Shown here in pieces: positions 50,456 through 63,370 of a stretch of 64,000 nt of DNA (position 1 is the stretch's first letter; the number at the start of each line of letters is the position of its first letter). The notes beneath the pieces are model-generated. The model made no database searches and was not told the DNA's origin. It saw only the letters and a list, made by a program, of their open reading frames with translations. Made by a program: the position numbers and the translations under genes. The DNA is taken from positions 9,736,001 through 9,800,000 of the forward strand of contig NC_058383.1 in assembly GCF_018350175.1 (NCBI RefSeq). The letters run 5' to 3'. Source of the DNA: Felis catus (Eukaryota).

Positions 50456-51202
50456 GTGAGTTTGGAGATGCAGCCGGGGGCCACCTGCACCTTCTTACCC
50501 CTCCCCAGAGGCCATAGAACAAGGACTATGGACCGGAATGAATTTATCTCTTTCAACTTGCTTAGAATTTCTCTCATGAGCATCACAGAGGGGTCAAAGA
50601 TGGCCCCCAAACAGTACCATGATATCCATAGTCTTACTCGGGGGCCCTGGTAGCCATAGGGAAGTTCTAGGGCCTGAGAGCTTCTCCTGCCAATGGAAGC
50701 TTACATCAGAATGTGCTCCAGGCACTGGGATCCCTCAGCAGTGACTGCCATAGTTCCTGTGTCTTTCCTTCTGATGGCCCCATGCAGGTCACAGTACATT
50801 GAGAACCAGCATTCCCAATTCTTAATGCCAGGGCTTTTTCTTTCCTGTCTAGGGATTCTCAGTGCCTTAGGATGAAGGAGGAGGTAGGTGGTGTTATCAG
50901 CATCAATTGAAAAAAAAGGTTTTTATACACACACCAGAATCCCTCTAGATTCTGTTGTCCAAGGAGTATGTGTGTAGATGGGGTGTAATCTGCATTTTGA
51001 AGCCTCTCCCGGGTTGATTCTGATATGTCTCATTGCCCCCACTGGTTGAGAACTCCAGCCCTTTCCTTCAAATTCTTACCTGTATCTGTCTGCACTCACA
51101 GAATGTTATGTCATCCAGTCCACCCATTGCTGATAAGAATACAGGCCCAGAGAGGGAAGCAGCTCTTCTACATAACAGGCTAGGTAGTCTGAATAAAGCT
51201 GA

Positions 51203-51423
51203 GGGGGCACCCGGGTGACTCAGTTGACTCTTGATTTCAGATCAAGTCATGATCTCACAGTTTGTGAGTTCAAGCCCTTCATCAGGCTCTGCTGACAATG
51301 CGGAGCCTGCTTGGGATTCTCCCTCTCCCTCTCTCTCTGCCCCTCTCCTACTTGTGCACGTGTGCGCGCTCTCTCACTCTCTCTCTCTCTCAAAATAAAT
51401 AAATAAACTTAAAAAAAAAAAAA
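51203..51423 (+). mobile_element. CanSINE
   Basis: Head/tail; aaagctgag flanks. Confidence 0.85.
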
Positions 51424-51479
51424 GCTGAGAGTTGTCCCCAGATCTCCCAAGTGCATATTGGAGATCTTTCTATTATTAT

Positions 51480-53760
51480 ATCTCTAAACACAGGAAGCTT
51501 AGGTCTTTTTTGTTAGAATTTGCCTGGTGTGTCTTTTTCCTTCCTTTTAAAACTTTTGACTTTTCTATATTCTATGTCTTAGAAAAGTCCCTTATAAATA
51601 GCATTTAATTGGATTTATGTTGTTGCTTTTCTTCAAGATAGCAGTCTTTGTCTTTTAACTGTACATTTACTCCATTTACATTTATTGTAATGCATGATAT
51701 TTTTAGATTTATATCTTCCATCTTAGTTTGTGCTATTTTCCCCTTACGTTTCTCTTTCTCTTCATTTCTTCTTTGGATTGATTGGGTATTTTTTTTCTCA
51801 TTCCATTTTTCCCTCATTACTAGTTAGGAGATTTTTTTTAAACTCTCCTTTTATTTTTTATTTTTTTGGTATGTTTTCCAATAATTACAAAATACACATT
51901 TAGCTTATCAAGAGCTAAAATTCCTGTCTTTATCTGTTTCCTATTAACACAAAAACCTTAGAATATTTTCCCTCCATGCCCTCCCTATAAGCCTGTAGGT
52001 TATTGTTGTGTATTTTAATTTTGGTTTTGTTTTTCTTTTTAGACTCTATAAGATCTTTTGTTTTAATTGTTTTATTCAGACCTCTTTGTTTCTTTAGATC
52101 TCAGTGAAATCTAACTTTAAATCTTTAAATATAACATCCAGGATTACTTTTTTTTCTGCCTGAATTATTTTCTTTAGAACTTCCTTTAGTGAGAATCTCA
52201 TGGTGGCAGATAACCGATTTCACTTGTTTGGGAATGTCTTTATTTCACCCTCCTACATGGAATATACTTTGTCTGGGTTTAGGATTCTGGGGTGACAGTT
52301 TTCCTCAGCACATGGACAATATTATTCAAGATACCCTTCCACTGACTTCTGGCTTCCATCATTTTCAGGAAGTCGGCTGTCAGACTCATTGTCCCTTCTT
52401 TGAAGCAAATCTGCATTTCCTCTGGCCATTTTTAAGATCTTACCATGTATAGGTGCAAATTTATTGTGGATTCCTTAGACTTCTTAAATCTCTAGGTTAG
52501 TATCTTTTATCAGTTATGAAAAATTCTCTTTGTCTCTTCAACTATTGTCTTTGCTCTGTTCTGTCTTTTCCTCTGAGACTTTGGTTATATCTGTCTTTCT
52601 CATTCTATCCCCCCAGTATCTTTTTTTTTTTTTTTTTTTTTGAGTAAGCTCTACTCCCTATGTGGGGCTTAAACTCATGACCCCAAGATCAAGAGTCACG
52701 TGCTCTATCAACAGAGCCAGCCAGGCACCCACCACTACCACCACCACCAATGTCTTTAGACTTGTGTTTCATTGTTTTCTACCTGCTTATCTCTTTACTG
52801 TATTCTGGATAACTTCAGTAGATCTAGCTTTCATTTTATTTGTCCCCTTTTCAGCTGGGTCTCATCTGTTAAACCTTTTCATTATATAATTATAATTTTA
52901 GTCTAGCTTTCATTTCTTGGAGTTCTTTTTTCCCCTCCAAGTCTGCTTGTCATTTTTTATGATTTCTTGTGCCCTGCATGTATTTTGAAGCAGACTCTGA
53001 CTTACTTAAACAAATTAAAGAGTGATTTCATGTATCACTTCTTATACTTCCATTATCTAGAGACCTTTGAGATATGTTTCTGCTGTCCATTGTTTTTGAT
53101 AAATGCTGTTCATGCTATGGAGTTTCTTTTTGTGCTTAGTTATTTTTTACTGTGAGGTGCTCATTTTCCCAGGAATCTTATTTGTGGGAACTCTTTGAAG
53201 TCTATAATGAAGGCAGGTTCCTCCAGAGAGAATGGGCATTTGCCTCCATTAAGATCACTCAAAGTTAAATCCTCAGCTTAAGGTTTTGTGAATTCCAGGA
53301 AGATTCCCTTGAGCTCTGGCGCCTTTGGGTCCACTTCCAAGGAGTTGTTTTTCCCTCCTTCTGATCACAACAGTGGTTCAAGGGCCTCAGGGAGGACTTT
53401 TTTGGTGCAGGAGTGCTGGGATCTGTGTTATGTCCAGTTCACCTTTAGTTCTCCTATACCAGGAAGGCAGTCTTTGGCTCTTCCCCCAGACTCTTCAACT
53501 TCAGCAGGGCTAAGTTCACACCTGGCCCCTGAGGCTCAGAAAACCAAGTTCAGTTCACCTGGTGAGGCAAAACCCCTGTCCCTGCCAACTCCATCACCCC
53601 AGTATTCCATATTTTCCCCTAGTAGCTGTAAGGACTTGGTCCCTGGTCTGAAGATTCCTTACCCTCTCATTAGTTCATTAATGCCTTCAAAGAGAAGTTT
53701 TAAATATTTTACCCAATATTTTAGTATTTTTCGATGGGAAAGTCAGCCCAACGTAATCTG
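51480..53760 (-). mobile_element. Highly decayed antisense L1 (L1ME-like) with short SINE at ~52621-52730
   Basis: T-rich; ccatttacatttattgtaat, gaatgtctttatttcaccct motifs; minus-strand ORF remnant ISCITINVNGVN resembles the L1 ORF2 N-terminus. Confidence 0.6.
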
Positions 53761-54917
53761 ACTCATTATCCAAACTGGCATTCCTTTAGGCCTGTCCTCC
53801 TATGTAGTTTTCTCTTCCATTTGACTGAGAGTTTCTAGGTATTAGAAACCTTTTCACTCTTTTTTTTTTTTCCAATTAAGACCTTATTTTCTTTTAAAGC
53901 AAGTTTTATTAGGTTCACAGCAAAGTTGAGCAGAAAGTATGGCAATTTCCCATATACCCCCACCCCTAAATGTAGCCTCCTCTGTTATCAGCATCCCCTA
54001 CCAGCGTGGTACATTTGTTACAAGTGATGAACCTTCACTGATACATCCTAATCGCCCAAAGTCCGTAGTCTACATTATTGTTCACTTGTGGGGTTGTGGT
54101 GTTGTCTATTCTGTGGCTTCGGACAGATGTATCATGACACACATCCATCACTGTGGTATTGTACAGATGAGTTTCACTGACTTAAAAATCCTCTGTGCTC
54201 CACCCGTGCATCCCTACCCACCTCCTGCAGCCCCTGGCAACCACTGGTCTTTTTACTAATTCCACAGTTTTGCCTTTTCCAGAGTGTCCTGTAGTTGGAA
54301 TCTTTTGGTATGTAGCCTTTTCAGACTGGCTTCTTTCTCTTAGTAGCATGCAGTTAAGGTTCCTCCATGTCTTTTCGTAGCTTGATAGCTCATTTCATTT
54401 TTAGTGCTCAGTAATACCCCATTGTCTGAGGGGACCACGGTTTATCCATTCACCAGCTAAGGGGCGTCCTGGTTGCTTCCAAGTTTTGGCAGTTATAAAT
54501 AAAGCTGCTCTAAACATCCACGTGCAGATTTTGTCTGGACTAAGTCTTCATCTCCTTTGGGCAAAAACCAAGGAGCGCCATTGCTGTATTTTGTGGTAAG
54601 AGTATGTTTACTTTTATGAGAAACTGCCACACCATCTTCAAAAGTGGCTGTACCCTTCTGAATTCCCACCAGCAATGAATGAGAGCTCCCATTGTTCCCT
54701 ATCTCCTCACTGGAACTTGGTGTTATCAGTGTTCTGGATTTCGGCCATTCTTATAAGTGTGTACTCATATTTCAGTGTTGTTTTAATTTGCATTTCCTGG
54801 TGACACACAACAGGGAACGTCTCTTCACATGTTTATTTGCGGTCTTCTTTGTGATGAGGTGTTGGTTAAGGTCTTTGGTGATTTTTTAAGCAGGTTGTTT
54901 GTCTTTTTATTGTTGGC

Positions 54918-55144
54918 TTTTTCTTTTAATTTTTTTTAATGTTTATTTATTTTGAGAGAGAGAGAGAGAGACAGAACACAAGCTGGGGAGGGGTAGAGAG
55001 AGCAGGAGACACAGAATCCAAAGCAGGCTCCAGGCTCCGAGCTGTCAACTAGAGAGCCCGAAGTGGGGCTCAAACTCATGAACTGTGAGATCATGACGTG
55101 AGCTGAAGTCGGATGCTTAACCGACTGAGCCACCCAGGTGCCCC
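54918..55144 (-). mobile_element. CanSINE
   Basis: Antisense body within L1. Confidence 0.9.
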
Positions 55145-55340
55145 AATTTTTATTGTTGAGTTTTAAGAGAATGTTATATAATCTGGATGACAGTCCTTTA
55201 TCGGCTACGTCCCACTCTGTGGGTTCTCGTTCTGTTAACAGTGATTTTTGCAGACTTTTTTTAATTTCAATGAAGTCTAGCTTGTCAGATATTTCTTTCA
55301 TGGGTCATGATGTTGGTGTTCTAGCTAAAAAGTCATTGCT

Positions 55341-55508
55341 GGGGCACCTGGGTGACTCAGTTGGTTAAGTGTCTGACTCTTGGTTTTGGCTCAGATCATG
55401 ATCGCACGGTGTGTGACTTTGAGCCCCTCATCGGGCTCTGCACTGATGGTGTAGAACCTGCTTGGGATTCTCTCTTTCCCTCTCTCTCTGCCGCCCCGCC
55501 CTGCCCCG

Positions 55509-55556
<48 letters not shown>

Positions 55557-55823
55557 ATAAATAAACTTAGGGGCGCCTGGGTGGCGCAGTCGGTTAAGCG
55601 TCCGACTTCAGCCAGGTCACGATCTCGCGGTCCGTGAGTTCGAGCCCCGCGTCGGGCTCTGGGCTGATGGCTTGGAGCCTGGAGCCTGTTTCCGATTCTG
55701 TGTCTCCCTCTCTCTCTGCCCCTCCCCCGTTCACGCTCTGTCTCTCTCTGTCCCAAAAATAAATAAACGTTGAAAAAAAAAATTAAAAAAAAAAATAAAA
55801 TAAATAAACTTAAAAAAATAAAA
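55341..55823 (+). mobile_element. Older CanSINE with young CanSINE (55570-55796) nested in its tail
   Basis: Outer TSD taaaaagtc(a/t)ttgc; inner TSD AAAATAAATAAACTTA. Confidence 0.93.
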
Positions 55824-56267
55824 TAAAAAGTCTTTGCCATACCCAAGGTCATCTGTGTTACCTCCTAGGGTTTTTTATAGTTTTACATTTTACATTGACA
55901 TCTATGATCCATTCATCTTTTGGTTTTTGATCCTGGTGCGTTTTCATATGAAATACAGTTGCCTTTGATGATGAGCATAGTTTCACTTTGTCTTTCTGCT
56001 ACTTTCTAATTTTTCCATGATGAACAAGTATAATGTGCAACTCATAAAATATGGTTCTTCATAGAAATGAATACATTAGGAAATACTGTCATCTCTGGCA
56101 TTGATATCTTTAACGTCCTCTGATGACCCAACTCCCTTTGGTGCCCTTTGAGGCATGTTTCAGTGGGGTTCCTCTACCTTAGAGGATATAGATGCACCCA
56201 GAAGAAAATGTAGAAGTCAGACCTCATGTGAGAACTACAACTATTCAGCTCAAGGGTCCTTTGTGCC

Positions 56268-56477
56268 AGGGCGCCTGGGTGGCTTAGTCGGTTAAGCTTC
56301 CAATTTTGGCTCAGGTCATGATCTCACAGTTCGTAAGTTAGGGCCCCGCATTGGCTTCTCTGCCATCAGCACAGAGCCCGCTTTGCATCCTCTGTCTCCC
56401 TCTTTCTCTGCCCCTCCCCTTTTCTCTCTCTTTCTCCCTCTCTCTCTCTCAAAATAAAATAAAACATTAAAAAAAGA
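56268..56477 (+). mobile_element. CanSINE
   Basis: Head/tail; ctttgtgcca flanks. Confidence 0.88.
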
Positions 56478-57051
56478 GAGTTCTTTGTGCCACCATGTCC
56501 TTCCTCCTCTGGGCATAACTGGCAGTTCCAAGCATCACCCTGCTAATCCCAGCTTCTTCCCAGACACCCAGGACACAACCGCATGGGCAGCCTCCATGGG
56601 AATGCTTATTTGTCCCCAGCCGGGATCCATCCCATTCCGATCCCCCCTCCATGCGGAATGTTCTAGCCTCTCTTAGTCTGCTGGAGTCCATCTGGAGGAG
56701 GTGTTTCCTCTCCTGCAGTTAGAGAGAGAGAGAGATAGAAGGAAGGAAATGGCTTGTAGCCAGACTGTGATTACTAAGGGTGGGAGACTTTAAATGCTTA
56801 AATCTGAAGCCTCGTCTAGAATTCATGCAAAGGAAGTTCTCCTGTGTGTACACAAGATTATACCGTAAAAATGTTCATTGAAATAGAGCTTATAACAGAA
56901 ACACTTGCCTACAACTAAAACATACAACACTAGGGAGTTCGTTCGATAAATTACATTACACACGGATAATAATACCACTGAAAATAATGATACAGGAGAA
57001 AATGTGAGAAGATAGAGAAAAAGAAGTATATTAAGTTAAAAAATGGGTTCC

Positions 57052-57098
57052 ATTTTTAAAATTTTTTTAATTTAATTTTAGAGACAGGGAGAGGGGCT

Positions 57099-57148
<50 letters not shown>

Positions 57149-57290
57149 CCCAAGCAGGCTCCTTGCTCAGTGTGGAGTCTGACGCAGGACTAGGAGCCTG
57201 ATGCAGGGCTTGGTCCCATGACCCCGGGATCATGACTTGAGCCGAAATCAAGAGTCTGGATGCTCAACCAACTGGGCCGCCAGGTGCCTC
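57052..57290 (-). mobile_element. CanSINE
   Basis: Antisense body with (AG)n. Confidence 0.85.
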
Positions 57291-57317
57291 CCATTTTTAA
57301 TTTTAAAATAAAGGTAG

Positions 57318-57630
57318 GACTCAGAGGATTTTTAGGGCAGTGAAACTATTGTGTATGATACTGTAATTGGCAGGTACAGGACATTATGCATTTGTCAGAC
57401 ATAGAATGTATCACACCAAGAGTGAATCCTAATGCAAATTTCACTTTGGATAATAATGATGAGTCAGTATAGGTTCATCGGTTGGAACAAATGTCCTCTC
57501 TTGTGCGGATGTTAACAGTGGGGGAGGCTATGTATGTGTGGGAACAGGGGGTATATGGGAGAGCCCTGTACTTTCGGCCTAATTTTGCTGGGAACCTAAA
57601 ACAGCTCTAAAAAAAACATAATGTCTATTT
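57318..57630 (+). mobile_element. L1MC-like 3' end (sense)
   Basis: gaggatttttagggcagtgaaactattgtgtatgatac...gggggtatatggga...gaacctaaaacagctctaaaa. Confidence 0.8.
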
Positions 57631-57631
57631 A

Positions 57632-57882
57632 GGGGCACCTGGCTGGGTCAGACAGTAGAGCATATGACTCTTGATCTCGGGGTCATGAGTTCAAGCCATG
57701 TGTTGAGTGCAGAAATTACTTAAATACATAAAACTTAAAAAAAAATGTCTAGGGGCTCCTGGGTGGCTCAGTCAGTTATGCGTCTGACTTTGGCTCAGGT
57801 CATGACCTCCCAGTTTGTGGGTTCAAGCCCTGCGTCAGGCTCGGTGCTGACAGCTGGGAGCCTGGAGCCTGCTTTGGATTCT

Positions 57883-57938
<56 letters not shown>

Positions 57939-57980
57939 CTCCCCCCCTCAAAAGTAAACATTAAAAAAAATTAAAAATAA
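57632..57980 (+). mobile_element. Short older CanSINE plus full CanSINE (~57752-57980)
   Basis: Two heads. Confidence 0.85.
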
Positions 57981-58269
57981 AGAATATCCATTTTAAAATA
58001 GGTCTATTTAAATTGAAAACATTAGATCAAATAACACTTTGTGCCCCAGAATGTTAGCCATGATTGTATCTTCTGTCTAGATGAAGGCTGATGTGTGTGT
58101 ATCTGTACTTGTCTGTGTTTTCCAAATTTTCCACAATGGCCATTTGTTGTTTTCCAGAATTGAGAAAAAAAAAAAATCTATGTATTGTTTATAGAAGAAG
58201 TCCCGGCCATCAGCCTCTCACCCAGGTGTTGTTAGTGGTGACCCTTGCTTTCTTTTCTTTTCTGGAAAG

Positions 58270-58350
58270 GGCCACCTGAGTGAGGGCTATGGACGGCTGT
58301 GCAGCACCTACCTCAGACTGCTAAGAACAAAGATGGAATATCACACCAAA
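58270..58350 (+). CDS. HIP1: HIP1 exon 5 (GHLSEGYGRLCSTYLRLLRTKMEYHTK), 81 nt
   Basis: Pyrimidine tract plus aaag acceptor, GTGAGT donor, HIP1-like translation. Confidence 0.96.
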
Positions 58351-60622
58351 GTGAGTCTGCGGACAATTCTGCCACCACCCCTGGCTCCCCCAGCTCCTCC
58401 CCTGCGGTCCCCTGGCACCTCCCTGAGCCTGTCAGGTCTTTACAGGAATAAGGCAGCCCAGGGCCCCTCAGGGAGTGTTTGTACCATATCCAGTGAGAGA
58501 AAGAGATTTCACAGGACAGCTGCAGTCAGGCCCCCGGGATGGGACACGGAACTGGGCGTTTGGCCCACGTCTCCTGCCCCTTCTGGAGAGGAACCCGGTG
58601 CCCTGGGTTGCCTTAGGAAGGTGTTTCAGAAAGCACCGCCTCGACTGTTTCTAAAAACGATCCCTCCATTTTATATAGTGAGTTTCCACACAGAACCTTC
58701 TTTCTGTCCACGTATGGCGTTAGACAGTATTTCTTATGCACCCGATGCAGGTAAAACCGTTGTGCTCGGTACCAAGTGGCACATAAGGATACATAGGAAG
58801 GGTCGGCCGGTCAGGAGTGCACCGATCAGTGCGAGGGAGGAGGCTTCTTACCTGAAGCACCCCGTAACAGTGCAAAGCGGTCACTTGAGCCTATGGAAGG
58901 AGCCACAGATCCCACATTAGTGTGAGGAACAGTCAGGTGCAGGGTGGCAGGGGTGGGGGGTGGCTGGGCAGCTAGGTGAGACCATCCCGCTCAGAGTGGA
59001 AGATGGTCAGAGCCTGATCGGGACGGTGGTCCCTGGGACAGGCAAGAGCGACGGGGACTCTCTGAAGACTGGCAGGAGGGGTGGGGGGCAACAGCTAGGG
59101 AGATGTGGGGCCTGTGGGAAGGACCTGGGCAATAGGAAGATGCACAGGAGCCCAGGGAGACAGAGTGAGGCCACAGGTGCTCTGGACTGAGGGTTTCAGG
59201 AGGACAGAGGACAGGAGCGCGTGTCTCCTGGTGTCCTATGTGCTGTCCAGCGCCTAGCCCAGAACAGGCGCTCAATCAGGACTGCTTGGATGAGTGACAG
59301 AATCAACCAGAACCTATCTCGGATCGAATAGCACACAAGAGGGGCTGATCCTGAGTCAGGAAAGAGCTGGCCCCTCCTCTTTTGAAGCTGGAGAAACAGA
59401 AGGTCAGCTGGTACATTCAAAACAGGGAAGGGAGTGAGAAGAAGGATGCACAGGGAGTTCCAGTGATGTCGGGAGGAAGGCACGTGAGGAGGGTGATGGC
59501 GTGGGCACCGGGTTTGAGAGCGGGACAGTTTGAGGCCAGGACAGTCATTGATGGATTAGGGAGCCCGTCGGGGCCAGGAGCAAGGACTGTGAAGGGGCTC
59601 CAAGGCTGGAGAACATGATTAAAGGGTGACTCCAGCTCTGAGTCCCCCTCCAGGGACATTGGCAGCTGGTCCTCAGCACAAAGATCCAGGTTCACCAGGT
59701 TTTGACGGCAGTGTGGTGGAAGGACAGGCAGCAAGAAAGGTAGGGGACCAGGGGACCAGGTCTCTGTAATGTCCAGCCCGAGCGAGGAAGTAAACATGGC
59801 CAGAAGGGGGCGCTCAAGGAACCAGCCAGCTCTGAGATGGAGGCACAGGAGTGGTGAGCGTGGGGCAGCAGGGGACAGCCAGGGCAGAGGGCCAGTGGAT
59901 AGCCAGGAGGTGCCTGAGTGGAGGATCGCTGTCTCCCTGTGGAATTGAGACCCCCTTGATGGAGCAACCACCCATCTGTCTGTGCCCATCTACACCTTTC
60001 CCTTTGCCACACTGGGGAAGAGATAATGATACGGATATTTGACAAGATTGCTGATACGTAATAATTTTTCCTGACTTTGGGGGTGCATGATGTAATGTTT
60101 TCCTACCTTCAAGTTTATTTTACTCATTATGTTTCCCTAAAGCTAATATCCCCTCCTGCCCCCCCAAACTCCCAAGGGCAGCTTCAGAAAGTGGCGGAAG
60201 GACAGAGGGAAGCATGGGTAGGATTCAGAATGTACTGGCGGTGCGTGGATGCAGCACTGTCTGTGCTTCGTGGATGGTTGAGGTCCGACCGCTGTCCCGC
60301 TGACTCTCACTGCAGCACCAGAGAGCGTCTTTAGAAGAGGGTCCCAGGACCCAAATTGTTAGGACGGAGCCCTGTCCTGGCTCCCAGAGAGGGGTGGAGC
60401 CTTTACCTGTGATGATGGGCAGTGGATGTCCTTTGATGTGAGCTGGTCAAGGGGTCTGTGTGTACGTGAGGTTGCGTGCCCTGACAACCCCCAGGAAGGG
60501 TGTCGGTGTTACACGAACAGAATCAAGTCTGCTGCTCCCCGAACTCAGTGTAGACAGTTTGCCTGGTGTCGGCTTAGTTGAGGTGCTCTGTCCTGACTTC
60601 ATTCCTCTGCCTGCCTTGCCAG

Positions 60623-60699
60623 AATCCCAGGTTCCCTGGCAACCTTCAGATGAGCGACCGGCAGCTGGACGAGGCTGGAGAGAGCGACGTTAACAACTT
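60623..60699 (+). CDS. HIP1: HIP1 exon 6 (NPRFPGNLQMSDRQLDEAGESDVNN+F), 77 nt
   Basis: ccttgccag acceptor, GTGAGT donor, HIP1 translation. Confidence 0.96.
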
Positions 60700-61177
60700 G
60701 TGAGTGGACGTCCTCGTGCGGTGGACCCAACGGGCAAGGAAGCTCTTGTCAATGTTGCCACTTCTGGCTGGGGTCACACAGGGCCTGACGGCAGGGACAG
60801 TGGCTGGGGTGGGGCGACTTAGTGCCGGTGCCCCATCCGGAACCCTTCCAGTCTGTCCAGGGTTCACTTCTCAGTGTCCCCTTCTGCCCTCCCACCCCAG
60901 CATGGTACCTGCCCTTTCCCTCTGCCACTGTCACTGTGGAATTCACCCTGTTTGACCTTCAGATGGCCTTAAGACCCGTGTAGGCGGGGCTAGGGATTGG
61001 AGCTAGTGTGTGGGTCTGTGTGTGTCTGTGCATGTGTGCATATGCTCGTGTATGCATGCATGCATGCAGGCAGGCATGCACATGTGCACCGGGGACAGAG
61101 ACAGAAACACAGAGCGTGGGGAGGGAAGCCTTGGCCTTGAGCTATGGAGTATAAGCTCTCTTTCCTCTTGGGTCCAG

Positions 61178-61239
61178 TTTCCAGTTGACAGTGGAGATGT
61201 TTGACTACCTGGAGTGTGAACTTAACCTCTTCCAAACTG
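61178..61239 (+). CDS. HIP1: HIP1 exon 7 (FQLTVEMFDYLECELNLFQT), 62 nt; gene continues beyond window
   Basis: ggtccag acceptor, GTGAGT donor; phase 2 start matches the end of exon 6. Confidence 0.96.
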
Positions 61240-63142
61240 GTGAGTCTCTCGCTCCCGTCTGGCCTAGGCTCTTCTGAGAATTGCCTGATTCCAAACTTTG
61301 TTCCCGGCTTGGCCCAGCCTTCCTAGCCCCTCTCTCCCTACAAGTTGTACAGCACAGGCCAGGAAATGGGGATACCCACACGCTATCTCTGCTCTCTCCA
61401 TCCCTAGTACAGGGAAGGACTGGAGCTCTTGGGTATTTTCAGAGTCAGTGATTTCGTTTTGAGCAGAATGACCGTGCCCCCTACCCTGCCAGCTTCCCTC
61501 TAGAGGCCCAGGCCTCCAAGAGCCCAAAGAGCGGTTTGGCCTCTTTGATAACCTCTGGACTGTGGCCCCAGCACCGGTCGGTCCTTTGTCTGCTACTCAG
61601 CTGGGCCGGCACTCGGGACCAATTTCCGCTCAGGAAGAGGGGTTGCCGTGTGCTGTTTGGTCAGCAGCTGGGGTTGACCCGCTGGTCGAGTTGAGTTTTG
61701 GCCAAGTCCGTGTACGAAGCCCCTTCCTACAAGCAAGGGGAGTTGGCCGCACTTCCGGGCTCCCTTCGCCGAGAGTTCTGGTGCCTCCCGGCTGTCAGCC
61801 CCTCACACTTCCCTGACAAGAAATCAGGAAGGAAGCAATCCATTCCCTTCTCTCTGGTGTCCCCTCTTCCCCGCACCCCCCCCACCCCCAGCATGGCTCC
61901 CCTTCCTTCCCGGGGAACAGAAGAGCCCGTTTTCTAAGATTCACCATGCACCACGACAAGTGTTCGGCTCCGTGAAAGAGTGGATTCCAAACTGCAGGCA
62001 TTCGTGCACAAGCTTGGTGACCTTCTCAGCGTTTGGACGTGTGGGGCCCACTCCTGGGGTTCTGATTTCCTCAGGGAAAAAAACAGACACCCTCTCACCC
62101 TGAATTACAACTTCTTCCGCATGTTCATCTGCACAGGAGCTCGCAAATGGCCTGTTAACCAGCCAGCGCTGTACTGGGTCGGCAAACGCCTTCCTGCCTT
62201 GGCCAGTCAGTTCAGGGCAGGTTATGGTGAGAACAGCACCACACACAGTTGGAAACCGTGGTTTGTAGGAGAAATAAGACGCTTGGCCCGCTAGCCACCT
62301 TCTCATACAAAAGTCAGTAGTTGAAACACAAAACAGAGTCCCCGCCCTAACGCGTTCCCAGCCAGGTAGGAGAAATGGTGCGGATGCGTTTTTTTGAATG
62401 CATCGGCAATGTTTGCACAAAAGTACACCAACAACTGTATGTTGTCGTGGCTGCCTTTCGGTTACTAGTGGTGGGTGGGGAGGTCCTATGTGGATAATTT
62501 AGAATTTGTCGACATTCAGCCTCGGAATGTGCTTAAATCTGAATGCAGGTAGGAGTGATATTGCAGGGATTGTCATCCTTGGGGGAGTCCTGTCCAGAGC
62601 CTGCCACTCAGCTGACCCGAGGCCTCTTCCGGGCCTCCTCAGACCCACCTGCCGCTGCTGTAGGGGTTATGGGAGAGCAAGTCAACTGTTTGAGCCTCTG
62701 TGGGGGTCGCTTCCGGCCCTGACAGACTTGAGTAGGAGAGAGCAGAGCTGTGATAACACCGAGCAGAACTTGAGCCTGGGAAAACATGTATGTGATGCCA
62801 GCCGGTGCCCCACGCCAGGTGGCCAGCTCAGTCCCCCTTTTAGTCCCACATCCCATGATAACCTGGCTCTTTTTGTGTGCGTTGGTCGCTTGTATTATTA
62901 CCACTGGACGCTGGGCCCCTCCTCAGAATCAGGAGCCGTGCCCCACTCATCTTTGAATTACGTCCCTTCTGTTCTAGCTCAGTGCCTAGGATACACAGCG
63001 GGCACACAACAAAACTCAAGAATGCTTGCTTCAGATAAACAGCAGTGGGGAAAGGGCAAGGGAACAGAGTTGATAAAACGGTGCCAATATGCAGCCCAAC
63101 GCGGTGGGATTATCTGGAGTGAATCGGCCACTTTGAGTGTTC

Positions 63143-63370
63143 TTTTTTTAATTTTTTACTTTTTTTTTATGTTTATTTATTTTTGAGAGACAGAGACAGA
63201 GCATGAGTCAGGGAGGGGCAGAGAGAGAGAGGGAGACACAGACTCTGAAGCAGGCCCCAGGCTCTGAGCTGATAGCAGAGAGCCCGATGCGGGGCTCAAT
63301 CCCACGAACCACGAGATCATGACCTGAGCTGAGGTCAGATGCTTAACCGACTGAGCCACCCAGGCGCCCC
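63143..63370 (-). mobile_element. CanSINE with TSD gccactttgagt
   Basis: Antisense body and flanking repeats. Confidence 0.92.

Larger units (their letters stand above)
53880..55910 (-). mobile_element. Antisense L1MC-like 3' region hosting three CanSINEs
   Basis: aggttcacagcaaagttgagcagaaagta, gaaactgcca..., ttcccaccagcaatgaatgagag, ttttaatttgcatttcc. Confidence 0.8.

Noticed and set aside
58333..58920. 195-aa ORF starting MEYHTK
   Set aside because: Exon 5 end reading into intron 5 past a strong donor.
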